This document shows positions 1 to 14,187 of a stretch of DNA of 64,000 nt, in pieces. The stretch lies in assembly GCF_036321535.1 (NCBI RefSeq), contig NC_087436.1:97776001-97840000 (forward strand). Reading direction: 5' to 3'. Both the position numbers and the translations under genes were made by a program. The notes beneath the pieces are model-generated. The model searched no databases. It had not been told where the DNA came from and was given only the letters and a program-made list of their open reading frames with translations. The stretch comes from Camelus dromedarius. Its lineage: Eukaryota. Every line of letters begins with the position of its first letter. Within the stretch, counting starts at the first letter, position 1.

Positions 1-319
1 ATAGGAAAGCAATTTAGTAAAATAATTGCTTTAATGAATGTAAAAAATGTACTATGTGATAGCAGAAGGAAAATGTGAGAAAGTCAAATAAAATTATTTT
101 ATGATAAGCCATACAATAGGAAAAGGCAAGGCTGTCATGCACTCCCTCCTTTAAGGGATTTTTTGTTTTAAACATATGCTCCTTATCTGCTTCATTTCTT
201 AATCCTTTATAATTTCTGTACATGATCAAACTAGCAATTCTAAAGTTTATACATGTTTCCTTTTATTCATTGTAACTGTTTACTTTCCTGCTTAGAAAAA
301 TGATTAATCCTTCCAGACA

Positions 320-520
320 CACCTCAAATCTCTCTTCTGTGGACCATTCCTAAAATCTTCCTAATCTTCCTTGCATCTATTGTAGCATTTATATTATTCT
401 CTTGTTTGTCCTTTATTCTTTCAGTAGATTACTATGCATTCAATTCTTTGAAGGTAAGGACTATTCCTTAGAAATCTTTAGATCCCTACATGAAACATTG
501 TGCTGGAAACATACATTATT
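320..520 (+). mobile_element. LINE-2 (L2) 3' end fragment, ancient
   Basis: tagattactatgc...ctttgaaggtaaggactattcc...cattgtgctggaaacatac resembles the L2 3' terminus (tagactgtaagctccttgagggcagggac...cacagtgcctggcacatag); highly diverged. Confidence 0.5.
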
Positions 521-2149
521 CATTTTTTTTTTCAATCAGAGTGAAATTGAAGGAGATTTTATATAAATAATTGTTAACTCAGTTGATTGTAAATGGAAAT
601 GAGGAAAAAAGAAAAGTGAATTCAAAGATGAATTTAAGAGAATAAGCAGTATTAAGATGCTTTCTATCTAGGAAATGATTTGGGGATGGAAAGGGATACA
701 ATTCAAGTGGGAAGATGCGGGTCATTAAGAGAGAGAAAAGGCATACATTCATATCATACTTTGATTTTTTATCTTGGCTTTTCCAATGTCAGTGCAAATG
801 ACGGGTAATACATAACAGAGGGAAGCAATGAACTGGCTACTTTAATTTGGATGAAATTTCCTTTATATTCACAGCATCTTATAGATGTATGACACTTCAA
901 TAATTACTTGGTACTGTCAGAGACAAGTATTTGATATAATCTTGTCCAAGGAGAAGGAGAACATTATCCCCCATTATTTTTCCCAATAATTAATGAAAGC
1001 ATTCATTTCTATATGTTTTATTAAAACTACGGGAACTAACTACTCCCATTTTCCTCCTCCTCATCTGCTCAACAGTAAACTCACTGCAGTCATGAAAATA
1101 TTATTCTTCATCATTTTCCTAACATGTATGCACTATATTCATCTTGATTTATATAAATCACAGATGATGTTTATGACCCATCATATACAAGAGATAATTA
1201 TTCAGATTAATTAACATTAATATGCTACTTTCATTTTTGTCATGTAGATGCTGTGTATCAGTTTGGTTCCAAATAATGTGCAATGTGGGATGTTATACTA
1301 GTGAATTGATTTTAAAATATGACAGCACTCACAATTAGCAATGAATATATCTAAAGAATTACACTTTTGCAGTTTCTTTGATTGAAATACCTTGTTTTTA
1401 GGGAAAATTTTTGCAGAGTTTTTATCACAAGTAATTTTTTAAATATTGTAGCTAAACTGCACATATGCTTTTCAAGTTGAGTACATGATACATGTCCAAC
1501 TTTTTTAATACTTCAGTGACATCACTTTTGTATAAGAAGCCATGAGAAATCATTTTTCACTTGAGCTTTTTCAAGTAACATAAGCTTGCACTCAGACTTG
1601 AAAGGATGGCAGAAATGCAGTGAGGAGCAAAAAAGATATGCCGACCTTTTCACAGAGAAATCAGATTTTTAAATTAAAGAGAGCTTAATGGAGAAATGAC
1701 AAAGTTAATTATAATGTACAGATGAGTAGAGCCTTCTATTTGAAATTGAATCACCTGAGGTGGTTTTCTTTTTACCTGCCTTCAGAACCCAAAGGATCAA
1801 GCAAGATTCCTTTTTCTATCTTGGTTAATTCCATTATCTTGAAAAAAATATTCATCTATTTCAAATTTTAGATTTGTCATCTACACATTAAATGTAATAA
1901 TTCTATACAGATAACAGGTTGTTATATGAAATGAAAATACTTATAAACTAGTAACTATGTTTAAGATATTGTGGGAAAAAGTAAAATAAATAAAATTATT
2001 TTTTTGTGTGTGTGTGAATACATGAATGGCCTAAATTTCTTTAGCCATGGGTGTCTAATATATTTTTTTACTTGGTATTTTGCCAAATACAGAAAACTAT
2101 TATTAGTTAGAGTTCATCATTTAACATCCTTGATTATTATCTTTTCTAT

Positions 2150-3390
2150 GTAAACTTGACAAATGAGTGTACTACGTGCCAGGCATTGAAGTAACTGTTA
2201 GATGTGCAGAGGTCCTTGCTCTTTTCAGGTGTACAGTTAAAGTAGTAAAGAAAGACACAAAATGATTAAAAGAACAAACAGACATATAAATAGACTTTCG
2301 CAGCAAGTATCATAAGAAATATACACATTTATAAGAGACCATATGGGGTATATACCTATATCTATATCTATATCTGTATCTATATCTATATCTATATCTG
2401 TATCTGTATCTATATCTATATCTGTATCTATGAGAGAGTTGGGAAAGGTCTTTCATCGGAGGTGGCAAAATGGTACCTGAATTAAAAGGAGACGTTTAGA
2501 GACGGTAAGACAGAGTTAGTAAGATGATGTGTGAGTGTGTGGACTGCTTGATTTCATCACAGATATGGCAACATGTGCAAAAGCCCTTGATCAGGAAAGA
2601 AACTAGTGTCTTTATAAAGACTGAAAGGAAGACTTCAGCAGCTGAGTCAAAACAATGGCACTAGTTAAAGCTGGGGAGATAAGCAGGGGATAATCACCCA
2701 TGGCTTTCGAAAACAGGAAGACAATTGGAAAACTTAAGCGTATTATGACCAAGGTGTATTATTCAAAATTTCATTTGGTTGTTATATAGGGAATTGACCA
2801 AAGAAGTAAGAGTAGAAATAGAGAGAGTAGTTGGCAGTAGAAATGGGGAGAAATGGTTGTAAGTTAAGATTCTTTTAAGTAGTACAAATAAAGTTACTGA
2901 TGAATAGATATGGAGAGCAAATGAACAAAAAAAGGCAAGAATGATTCTCAGTATTTTGACTTTGATAGAACTAACATTTACTGGTATGAGAAAGTTGGAA
3001 AGAAAACAAGTTTTGAGAGAAATCTGTTAAATTTTGGAAATGATAAATGAAAATGCACGTGATATTTCAAGCAAAACTACCAAATAAGAAGTTGATCTTA
3101 ATTGTGGAATTCAAGAAATAGTTCTGTACTAACTATATAAATTTGGGAATAATCAGCATACAGTTGGCAGAAAACCCAAATGGATATGATCATCTTGGGA
3201 AAGAATATAGATGAGAGAGAAGACTTAAACTTAAGTTCTAAAGAGTTCCAGTATTGAGATGCCTGTTGAAACAGCAGTGTTCAGCAAAAATAACTATGAA
3301 GGAGCAGCCACGCACGACCAAGAAAATCAAAAGATTGTGGTGTTGCAGAAAGCAAGAGAAATATGTATTTCATGAAGGAGAAAATGCTTA
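2150..3390 (-). mobile_element. LINE-2 fragment(s), ancient
   Basis: Antisense L2 hallmarks: gagtgtactacgtgccaggcatt, catgtgcaaaagcccttgatcagg, aaatttgggaataatcagcatacag, gtggtgttgcagaaagcaagagaa. Confidence 0.7.
2357..2431. repeat. Hexanucleotide microsatellite (TATATC/TGTATC)n
   Basis: About 12 tandem units read directly. Confidence 0.95.
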
Positions 3391-4444
3391 CCAGTAATAG
3401 CTCTATAATTTTTACATAGGAGAGCTTTAAAGAAAGTCAAGAGTATGTGTTTGGAGGGAAAGAGAAGACCAGTTTTACTTAGATTATATATCTTCATTTA
3501 CTATGGCTTGATGAGGAGGTGATGGAGGAAAAGACAGGGGCTAAAATTTCCCCAAGCTCTCCCTCGACATGGTGGGCTTTCTTAAATTTTGCAATGAGAA
3601 TGGCATCGGGTGCATTGTCTAGACTCTAGGCCAGTTTCAGTGTAATGCTGGGGACATTAGCTAGAGTAGGGTAGGTTGAAAATGACAAAGAGGTGAGAGG
3701 TAAATAAAATAGGTATAAGTAACTTTTAATAGACATTTATTTCTATGGCCACCTATGAGGTCAATGGAAAGTTTTCATTTCTGTTTTTATGATATTTGGT
3801 TTTAAGTTATTTGTTTGGGTGAACCCTGTTATCCACTTAATAATTTACAGACTATTTTCTACTTATATTTTATGCTTACAATAATCCCACAAACCATTAC
3901 ATTTTACCAAAGAGGCAAATAAGATTTAGAGAAATGAGGTTACTTTTGGAAAGCAAAACAGAAAGTAAGCAACTTAATTTTTGGCATATAAGGTTTATTT
4001 ATAATTTGCATCAGTCAAGATTTGTTTTCAGCTCACCACTATTATTATGAAGTAACGATCAGAGACTCTTTTAGACTTGCATTGAGCAAAACTAATTTGA
4101 CTTGCTTCTTTGATTCAGAATAATGAACACTAATAAACAAACGTAATTTTCCACAACCTTCAACAAGGAAAACTTGAAATTGAAATGCAAACATATTCTG
4201 AATTTATGCTTTTCTATTTCCTATATTTGTAACTTTTCTAATGTGAGTTTTGGTGGTTATGTTACATAATTAAACACACTGATTTTTACAATAGAAAAAA
4301 CAGAGGATTATTGCATATTTCATACAATACCTGGATATGAATTAGACTGAGGATGACTAGTGAGAAAAAATTAGTATCATTTATATCACAGCTTGATACC
4401 ACAGCTATTGATATTGAAGATCTGAACCATGGTAAGATCCTTAA

Positions 4445-5310
4445 TTTTTTTTGTATTTTTTTTTTTATTGAAGTATAGTCAGTTTACATTGTTGTCAATT
4501 TCTGGTGTACCGCACAATGCTTCAGTCATACATGAACATATATATATTTGTTTTCATATACTTTTTCACCATAAGATATTTAATATAGTTCCCTGTGCAT
4601 TACAGTATAAACTTGTTGTTTATCTATTTATATATATTATAAGTGTATATATATATATATGTGTATATATATATATATGTTAGTATCTGCAAATCTCAAA
4701 CTCTCAGTTTATCCCTTCCATCCTCTTCCCCCTAGTTACCGTTAAGTTTCTGTTCTATGTCTGTGAGTCTGTTTGTTTTGTCAATAAGTTCATTTATCTT
4801 TTTCTTTTTTAATTCCACATATGAGTGATATCATATGGTATTTTTCTTTCTATTTCTGGCTTACTTCACTTAGAATGACAATCTCCAGGCCCTTCCATGT
4901 TGCTGCAAATGGCATTATTTTATTGGTTTTTATGGCTGAGTAGTGTATATATATATATACCACAGCTTCTGCATCCAGTCATCTGTCCATGGACATTTAG
5001 GTTGTTTCCATGTCTTGGCTACTATAAATAGTTCTGTTATGAATATTGGGGTGCATGTGTCTTTTTGAATTAAGGTTCCCTCTAGTTATATGCCCAGGAG
5101 TGGGATTGCTGGATCATATGGTAAGTCTATTTTTACCCTTCTGAGGAATCTCCATACTGTTTTCAATAATGGCTGCACCAAACTGCATTCCCATCAACAG
5201 TGTAGGATGGTTCCCTTTTCTCCACAGCCTATCCAGCATTTATCATTTGTGACTTTTGAATGATGGCCATTCTGACTGCTGTGAGGTGATACTTAATTTC
5301 AATTGTAGTT
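4445..5310 (-). mobile_element. LINE-1, 5'-truncated (ORF2 C-terminus + 3'UTR + poly(A)), relatively young, camelid-type
   Basis: Poly-T at ~4445-4466. The minus strand translates with frameshift/stops to the L1 ORF2 Cys-rich end ([11 protein letters not shown]...[18 protein letters not shown]...[12 protein letters not shown]...KTWKQPKCPWTDDWMQKLW). Internal (TA)n tracts at 4628-4678 and 4947-4959. Confidence 0.95.
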
Positions 5311-5599
5311 CATAACTAAATTTATATGAACAAACATGTAGATAGCAAAATTAGATGATGTTGTCCTGAATTGCTTGGGAATGTAATGCATTGCTTAATA
5401 AACATAGCTTATATAAAACACATAAAAATAATTCATAGAATTAGAATAAATGATAAATAATACAATTCATCATTATTATGAGCAATGATCCATTTTGTAA
5501 AATTCAGGTTATGAGAATTCATGAATAGTATCAAACTGACACATCTTGGCTTTAGATACATGACCTCTAATGATTTCGAGCCTGTTCATTTCTCTGTAC

Positions 5600-6370
5600 C
5601 CTGAGAACAAAGTTATTTGTCTCTATAAACGTCTCCAAAACCTGTGTGTTCAGCTTGGTCATTTCTTTTTGAGTTCACGGCTTTTATTTTTGTATGAATA
5701 TGTTTTTCTGAATATTCTGCTACCATTTTAAACACAGCATTTAAAATATACCAATATTTGACCACAAGATATTTTCCCTGCCTTATTTCTTGTATATGCC
5801 AAAAAACCTACCTTTCTTCTAGTCATACAGGCTTACAACCTTAGAGATGTATTTCTCTCTTCAGTGCTTTATTCCTCTACCAAGTTCTATTAGCTTTGTA
5901 AAATTTCACAGGTTTGAGCATTTTGCTCTCTTTCCAAAATGCTACATTGATTACAGTCATGTTTCATAGCTATTGCATTTTCTGCTGCCTGGCTTCATGC
6001 CTGCAAAACTCCACTAGGCAAAATATTGTATGTTAGAATACTCTTCCTAAATATGCCTCTCCCTTCTCTTGAATAACATCTCATTCTCTTTGGAATAACA
6101 TTCAAACCCTTTTCCTTGACATGCAAGGCCATAAATGATCTGGCCAAATGGAGATCATTCTACCATTCCATCATTCACTTATACAAATGCATTACTTCAA
6201 CTAAAATTGTAAATCACTTTTACCCCAAAGATGTCCCATTCATTCTTCCCTCAGTGTCATGTCTTTTATCAGGTGCCCTGCCTCTCCCCTGCTTATTTAA
6301 GTCCCAGCCCTCATTTCAATGCCCAACTCATAGGAAAGTCTCTTACCTTTGAATTTTTATAATGTTTATT
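5600..6370 (+). mobile_element. LINE-2 fragment, ancient
   Basis: ttcaaacccttttccttgacatgcaaggccataaatgatctggcc and flanking pyrimidine-rich L2-like sequence. Confidence 0.55.
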
Positions 6371-6506
6371 TCACTATTATTTGCCACAATGACAACATAC
6401 TTCACCATCCTCTAACACTCCTCTCCATAGATAATCTTTTAATATTTATTTTATATTAAGTACACTCTCAAAAACAACAAGGAAACAAATATTAACAGCA
6501 CCTTAC

Positions 6507-7060
6507 TGAGTACATCTGCCAGTCCTAGGTTGTCTAGCCTATAAATCCCATTTATACATTTCCAGAATTTCCCAATGCGTGTGTCTTACTGGGACAGGAG
6601 CCCACCTCCCACTGTAGAAAATGAAATGTTTTATCTAGCCTTTCAGAATGCCAAAGTTTGGACACAATGTCTAGACTTAGCCATGAATTCGCTGAATCAA
6701 AAATCTGAATCAGAAGCTAGGGACTTAAAGCAGCAGCAGCAATGGCAGTTAATCCAGTTTCAAAAGGCAGCAGTGTAAACTGCCAAATTGGAGCCCCAGT
6801 GTGGTGCTGGTAAGTGCACGATGTCAGTATTCAGCACAGTGCAGCTGCACTTGTGGTCCTTTCTTAACTATTATGTGGCCTGATATTGTCTCTGTTTCTG
6901 GCTTTCTAGAGTTTCTCATGTCTTCTCCCAGCTCTGTGCAAGCTTTCTGGAAACTTTCTGACAATTCCTTTAAGTATCTATTATCCTTTCAATGAATTCT
7001 CTCTATGCCAGTATTATTCAGTTATTTTTCATTTTTCAAGTGGGAATTTTAAAAATGCAC
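6507..7060 (+). mobile_element. ERVL-class solo LTR, LTR33-like
   Basis: gaatcagaagctagg...gcagcagcagc...tcctttcaatgaattctctct resembles the LTR33 body and degenerate polyA signal region. Confidence 0.5.
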
Positions 7061-7098
7061 TTGGCTACAGTAAGTTAAAATATTTTTTTAACTACCAG

Positions 7099-7513
7099 GG
7101 TTATGGGTTGAATTGTGCCTAGATTCCCCAATCTTATGTTGAAGTCTTCAACCCCAGTACCTCAGAATGTGAACTTATTCAGAAACGAAGTCATTGCAGA
7201 TACAGTTAAGATAAGGTGATACTGGAGTAGCATGGACCTCTGACCTAATAGGACTGGTATCCTTATAAAAACGGAAAACTGGAGATAGATACACACAAGA
7301 ACACCATGTGAAGATGAACCAAAGATTGGGTTCTACGTACCAAGGAACGCCAAAAATCAGCAGCAAATACAGAGAGAGTCATAGAACAGATACCTAGTGA
7401 TGGTTCTCAGAAAAAAAATCAGCCCTTTCACCACCCTGAGACAACAAATTTCTGTCGTTTTAGCCATTCAATTTGTGGTGCTGAGTTAACAGCAGCCCTA
7501 GAAAACTAATATA
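7099..7513 (+). mobile_element. MaLR solo LTR (MLT1A/B/C-like) with perfect 5-bp TSD ACCAG
   Basis: Starts (t)gttatgggttgaattgtg, ends gcagccctagaaaactaatata. ACCAG at 7094-7098 and 7514-7518. Confidence 0.92.
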
Positions 7514-9544
7514 ACCAGTACATCATACATTCCCTTCCTTAAACAAAGGGAATTCTCTAGTCCATGTTTCGTGCACTACGAGTTACTACAACCATAATCA
7601 TCATAGAATAGGATAATGCTTTTAAACTTTGTATATACTAGACATGAAATACATACACATTTGTTATTTCAGACGATAAAGTTTAATAGAAATTTGGAAT
7701 CAGTATCTATAGAATGAGACAAGAAACTACCCTGGAGGAATGTTCTTTCGAGGGGAGAAGGCACACTTTCTTGGATTCCAAGGAGTATTATTGTATCTAT
7801 ACTGCTCTGCTGTTAGTCATACGGCTACCATGATCTGGGTAGTGGGAGGAAAGAGAAATGGGAGAAAGAGAGTAGATGATAGACATATTTTCAAATTGAA
7901 GGCAAGGATCAACGAAAAAGAAAACAAAAATGATTCTAAATGTAAGACATAGGACAAGTGTGAAGTCCAGTTTTGCTGAGGCAACACTAGATGAAAAGTA
8001 AAAGCCAAAGAAGGGCAAGTTCAACCTGAGTGGACAATTCAGAAGATGTCCTAATTAATGAAAATGCATTTCCTAGAGTGAGATGATTTGAGACCTAAGA
8101 GAGTAGTGTTGGCTCCAGTACATTAGCATCTTGCCATAAATGATTTTATGGCTTTAAGCAAACCGATAGTGTGGGGTTGTTTTACCCAGATGAAAACCCA
8201 GAACTTACTTAGTCAAGTAAGTATCAAGAAAAGGTCAATTTCACTCTGTAGAATTTTTTTCCATCTTATTTTATAACTGTATATTTGAACCAAGAATTAA
8301 TCATGGTTTTGTGTCATTCTTCAGTGTTTTGCGGGGGCAAACTCATGTGACTCTAAGATGGACTTTTAGTTTAGAGCAAGAAGGTTCAGGTTTATTTGGC
8401 CTTGTTACAAGACAAGCAGAAGCTTCCAAGGAGCTTGAGAGATGATTTTCTATGTCAAAATATTAAATATTTTTAAATATTCAAAGTTTTCTACCTATAC
8501 TGAAGTCACTCTTTATTCACAAAATACATTTCATCAAACTTCCTAATATTTCTGCTAGCTACAGTTTTGTGTGAGAATAAAAACAGAAGTGACAGGAAAA
8601 TAAATATATGATTGCTGAACAGTGAGTTTTTGAAGCAGAAAACTTACGTTTCCATTTACAACTTTTCAAAAAAAGAAATTTTAATTACCCATAGTTTTCA
8701 TATGAGCCCTGTATGGTGAAGAGATAAAGCATGTCTATATGATTTAAAGAAGAGGCACCCAAAAAGGTGACATTTCAATGTGAATAAAACATCTTATTTT
8801 ATAGTTCATAATGTATTTTCAAATCCAGTGGTTCCTTTGATCCTGAGAGTAATCCCATAAGTCATACAAAGCAAAGATCATTATCTGTGTTTTATAATAA
8901 AGACAGAGAGACTCAGAGTAAATTGGTTGAGCAAAGCACTGTTGGTGGTAAAGGAAAGTCAAGTGTAGGATTTGAGCTCTCCTGCAGTTCACTCTGTGTG
9001 ACATAAATGGTTCAGTTTGAAAGGTCTGCCACCCAAGACATTATTTGAAAGGAATATCTTTCATTTGAAAGAAATATATTTATACTGTAACTGTAAAAGC
9101 CAAACCAAAAAATGTGGTTGCATTAAGTTCTAAATGGCGCTCAGCAGAATTACACAAGTAATTAAGCACATCTTATTGTTTTCAGGGGTCAATGATGTGT
9201 TACAAAACTATGCATATTACTTCCGCTAATGTTGGAAAAACTCAAGAAAACATAGCAGAACAATAGGTATTATGGAGGAATAATGAAGTAAAGATGGAAG
9301 AAGGGAAATAGAGGTGAAAGTTGTATTTATTTGGTTGCAAAATTCAATGCAATATACTAAAAAGTGTGCTTTGCAGGTTATAGTTTTTATTTACTCTTTG
9401 CTCTTGCTCATAAATGAGAAATAATAAATGCTGTATTTGAGAAATCAAGTTTATTTAGTAGGAAAAAATTCAATAGAGAAGGCCTCTTATTTAAAACACC
9501 CTGAATGAGTTTAATTAGATCTTAAGAAGCCAGCTTTTAAAGAG

Positions 9545-9700
9545 ATTTTGTGGAATACCTGGTTTGCACATCTCATTTTATAAAGGGGGAAGCTGAAACT
9601 CATGGATTTTTAGGTTACAAGATTACAGAACCAAGATTTAGTACAATATTCCTAGCTTTTGGCAATTTCAACTCATCTTATTCATGATGGTCAACTGCCT
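9545..9700 (-). mobile_element. MIR SINE fragment
   Basis: ctcattttataaagggggaagctgaaactca matches the antisense MIR core. Confidence 0.5.
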
Positions 9701-10304
9701 CTGAAAAAAAAAATTTTAAAAGAGTGATGTTGCTGCTTTGGTACTTAAAAATATTTTCTTATTCATTGTTATTTTGCAAAGTGACAATTCTGAGGAAAAA
9801 TACAGAAAAACAAAACAAAATGACAACTTTTGGTTAATATTTCTAATGACCAGAACTGAAATAAAAGATACACATATCAGTGACTGAGTTGAGAACAGTG
9901 GGAATATTCTAAAGTATAATAAAAATTCATAACTTAAATGAGACTTCTTACCACTCAAGAATGAAAACATATGTAGGACATAAAATTAAACTTATAAAAG
10001 TCCTTGATGTTATTTGGTACAAAAGTTGATATATCAATTACAGTAATTATGACATTAAACTCCTAAATAGGTTAATAAAACATAAGCATTTAAAATGCAA
10101 ATAGCATACATTCTCTTGTAGGAAAAAAATGTGTATAAATTTAAAAATACTTGAATAAAATGAATTTGAATAAGTAGGTTTGACTCCAAAATGGTTTATT
10201 CCCTATTGCTTATATGAAATAGGAAAATAATATTTTAAGATGCTTTTTGATTTTAAGAAGTATGAAAAAAATATAATCAGGTACGGAGAAGTCTTTCAAT
10301 ATAA

Positions 10305-10333
10305 GAAACAAAACAAAACAAAACAAAATAAAA
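10305..10333. repeat. (AAAAC)n microsatellite
   Basis: aaacaaaacaaaacaaaacaaaataaaac read directly. Confidence 0.9.
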
Positions 10334-10999
10334 CTATAACCTTGAGGGTTAAACTTTAAAAAGATATTTTAGGGAGGTCCAAAAAAATAGACTCAAACTG
10401 CCACCTCTCTGTACCAGAGAAAGTGAATCAAAATGCTTTCTATCTTACAGATTAGTAATTAAAAAATGACCTTCTTATGGCAAGACTGACACTATAATCC
10501 CAAGAAAGTATCATTTTGCTAAGGTTCCAGCAAAAACAGCCTAGCTTCACTATGATTCTACAACAAGACACTTCTCCTTTATTTAAAACTTTCCTTAAAT
10601 TCTATATTTCCAAAATAATGCTATGTAATATTTTAGTCATATAAAATTTCATGTTTTTAATGTGAATTTCATTTAACCCTTGGAATATTTTATTTTCCTT
10701 ATATTGTGTTCCCCAGTGTTGACTGTCCTTCAGATAATTCTGCCTGTGTTGCTTGAAGGTATTTTAAGAATACACTTGTGGTCAAGCTAAAAAATCAACA
10801 GACTTTACGGGGAGTCATTTCTGGCTAAATTTTATTTTTCTGTATTTACCTTTTATTCTGCCTACAGGGATGATCACAGCTGATAATCCTGCAAACATTT
10901 TATACCATCCTACTAAGACAGGAGCTGTTTTGAGTGATCAATGACAAGTGGAGAAGAGCCATTTATAGATGATAAATGCCACGTGAAGGGATTTTGCAA

Positions 11000-11185
11000 T
11001 TTGCTAATCTTTTTCACATGCATTATCACATTCAATTTTTGCAGCATCCCTGGAGGTAGTCATTATGATTCCTGTTTTATCACGGAAGAAATTCAAGTCT
11101 CAAAAATGTTATGACTTGCCCAAGGTCACATCAAATGATAAGAGACAGAGCTAGGAAATGACTTTGGGTTTTCTGGTTCTTAGTT
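11000..11185 (-). mobile_element. MIR SINE
   Basis: attcctgttttatcacggaagaaatt...tgacttgcccaaggtcaca...agacagagctagga is the antisense MIR core. Confidence 0.8.
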
Positions 11186-11288
11186 TATGTTTCTATATAA
11201 GCAAAGCAATCATGAAAACGTAACAATATTGTTAGTAATTGCTTTGGGTTCCCATGTGGCTTCTCTACTTTAGTTTTCACTTTTCTCT

Positions 11289-11820
11289 TGTCAAATAAAA
11301 AACAACTCTGAACTTAGGTAAGGAGAGACTTTATTTGAAATCATTATTTCAAGAGGGAAGTAAGGAACTATTACAATGCGGAGGTGGAGAGAGACAGGAC
11401 TATCACAATAATAGGCATCTGCAAGCATCTCAAAGGTTAGGTCAACAGGGCTTTTCTTTTCTAAAAAGAAGTAACCAAGGCTAGAAAGATTGGGTATGGG
11501 GAAGTGTGACGAATGAGGATGGGGTGATTGAACAGTACATGAATGCTTCACCCTGAGGTCAGTCTGTTCTCCAGAGGGGACTTAAAGGAGGGGTTCTTTG
11601 CTTGCTCAGGCCAAGACTGGGTCAAAGTTTAGGAGTCTGGGGAAGGAAAGAATCTTAAACAAAGTTTGGTTAATATGCATTTTGGTTCCAGGTGATCAGC
11701 AGGGGCAAGTGATTCAGCTACTTATTCATGAGGCAAAGGATGGGAATTTGAAGAGTCTGTGGTTGGTTTTGTCACAGGAGCATCTGTGAGTCTAATCTAA
11801 GTCAGATGAGGAAGGATGGT
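11289..11820 (-). mobile_element. ERV1-class LTR (MER31/MER67-like), abutted or interrupted by an L1 3' end
   Basis: Begins tgtcaaataaaaaac...aggtaaggagagactttatt (minus-strand AATAAA); body ccctgaggtcagtctgttctccagagggg...caaagtttggtta. Confidence 0.65.
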
Positions 11821-11825
11821 TTTTG

Positions 11826-12141
11826 GAAGGGGGCCAAAAACTACAAACTTCCAGTTATAAAATAAGTAAGTCATGGGGATATATTGTACAGCATGGTGAC
11901 TATGGCTAATAATACTGTTATGTATCTAAAAGTTGCTAAGAGGGTACATCTTAAAGGCCTCATCACAGAAAAAAATAATGTAACTATGCATTTGATATAT
12001 ATTAACTAGACTTATTGAGATGATTGTTTTGCAATATATACAGATACCAAATTATTATGTTGTACATATGAAACTAATATAACGTCATATGTCAGTTATA
12101 CCTCAATTGAAAAAAAAAGTTCTTAAAGTTAAAAATAAAAA
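11826..12141 (+). mobile_element. LINE-1 3' end (L1MA8/9-like) with A-rich tail
   Basis: acaaacttccagttataaaataagtaagtcatggggat...gtacagcatggtgactat...gaaactaatata...tatacctcaat followed by an A tract. Confidence 0.9.
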
Positions 12142-13039
12142 GTGACTCTTCTCATTTTAAACATTTCTCCAGAGAAAAAAATACACGGAAGCCCTGAGAT
12201 TCATGAGTCTTCCCACGACCTCTGGTCTTTATGAGAGCTTCCTATTATTTCTTGTATCACACAAAGTAGTATACCCACTCCTAAGCTCTCTTAATGCATG
12301 TCAGGGTGGGGTTAGCATTTATAAAACACATTAAGTCCAAGAAAGTTGAACAAATTCCAAACAGACATGAAGCTATTAAAGTAATTTCAGGTGAACCTAA
12401 ATTTCACTTTCTCTTCAAATTTCTAACCATAAATATGACTTTGATTCTGTACATTTTTATTCTTCCTTTGGCAAAAGGAAATTGCTCTCCACCTATGGCT
12501 ATTTAATATATGCAATATGTTTGTTAAACCACTCAGAACTTGTAAAATGTTATGCAAATATAAAGTATCTTTAGTACCAGAACTAGTAAAACTGACCAAG
12601 GAGCATTAACTTGACATGGCCCATGAAATCAAATGCTTTGCCAGTCTGCACCGTTTCAAGCCAGAATCACACAGTGGTCACATGTTATTAGAGCTGCTGC
12701 ATGTCAGAATAAGGATAATGATTGTTCAAAACATCGCTACATTCTAAAACTTTTCCTGCACTATAATACAGCTGATTACTTTGCCTTTTTCACAAACATG
12801 CTTGTATTCTTTCATTCATCACATAGTCTTGATGTTTCTTTATGTATCTAACTCCCAATTTTCAATATCTCTTTGAGGGAGATATGAGAAAATAAATCAA
12901 GAAATCACACTTGGCACACAGAATTTAGTTTATAAAGACTGTATTACACATAGTTTTATTCTCCATGATCATTGCAGTGATTGGTACATAGTAACTGCTA
13001 GATTATTTTAGCTTAGTGTCTGTTTCTCTTTCTGTCTCA

Positions 13040-13246
13040 AGCCATAAATAACGATGATGATAATAATAATAAAGAAAAAGAAAAGTTGCACAGCACATTG
13101 TATAACTTGTCTTGTATAATTATTACTAAATTCCTGTTAGGTAAGTACTGTTATTTATATCCCACTTACGGATTAAGAGATAAGCACAGAACACGCAGTT
13201 CACAAGATTGGCCACAGAACTCAATCATGCATGCAATCAGCATAAA
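13040..13246 (-). mobile_element. MIR fragment ending at the adjacent LTR
   Basis: ttaggtaagtactgttatttatatcccacttacggattaagagataagcacaga resembles the antisense MIR core. Confidence 0.55.
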
Positions 13247-13881
13247 TGATGCAGGACAAACGGATGTGAGGTGAGAGAAGGGTTGTGTCCCAGGCTTTGG
13301 TTGAGCCCCCGGACATGCCCCGCCAAGTGTGGGTCCTTGGCTTCACACAGGAAAGAATTCAAGAGTGAGCCACAGTTGAGTGAAGGTAGATTTATTCAGA
13401 GAGATATATTGAAAGGCAAGAGAAAGGCCACGAGGTGTGGGGGTTGGGTGCTCAGAGTAGAGTAAAAGTAGGTACACACTCCATAGACAGAGTGCAGGCC
13501 ATCTCCAAAGGGAGAGAGGGAGAGGGTGGCAGTGGCCGCTAGGCACCTTGTTGCCAGTTTTTATGGGCTTGGCGGCTTCATATGCTAATAAGGACCAGTC
13601 TAAGTAGCCTGGGGAAGGGGCTGGGATTCCCAGGAAGTTGGCCATTTCCCACTCTTTGACCTTTTGTGGCTAGCCTTGGGACAGCCATGGTATCTGTGGG
13701 TATGTTATTTATCACATTAATACATTACAGTGGGCGTATAATGAAGCTCAAGATCTGCTAAGAGTCAAATCTCCAACCATCCTGAGCCTCAAGGCCTACT
13801 GGGGGTTGAATCTTTCACCATTTTGATGTTAACTGTTGCAGCATTCCTTGACTGGCTGTGCCCTGCCCCCTTCCTGTCTCA
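13247..13881 (-). mobile_element. ERV1-class solo LTR (~635 bp), comparatively young and GC-rich
   Basis: TG...CA termini with imperfect inverted repeat (TGATGCAGG / CCTGTCTCA). Minus-strand AATAAA (tttatt at ~13391). Candidate 4-bp TSD TAAA/TATA. Retained CpGs. Confidence 0.85.
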
Positions 13882-14119
13882 TATACATCTAAGCTATATT
13901 ACCAAATGAGAACATTGGCTTAGGCCAGATGAGGGATAAGCAAAGTGACATTTTAATATTTCTCTAAAATTCTGATTTCTTGGTTCTGATTTTCCTGGGA
14001 GGACAAAATTAAGTATGCAAGGTTTAATTTTATATTCTCGGTTATTTTTCTTTTAGTTTTGTTTCCACATTTCCAATTTATTGTTTTTACATGCAGTAGG
14101 TATTTTATAATATGAATAA

Positions 14120-14187
14120 GAATAATAAAATTAACTAGTATTTATGCAGACACATAGTGTGTGTCATTCTAAGCGTTTTATATGTAC
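14120..14187 (-). mobile_element. MIR fragment (left part; resumes at ~14828-14905 after the LTR)
   Basis: ctaagcgttttatatgtac|LTR|gtattaactcat reconstitutes the antisense MIR motif taagcgctttacatgtattaactcat. Confidence 0.75.
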
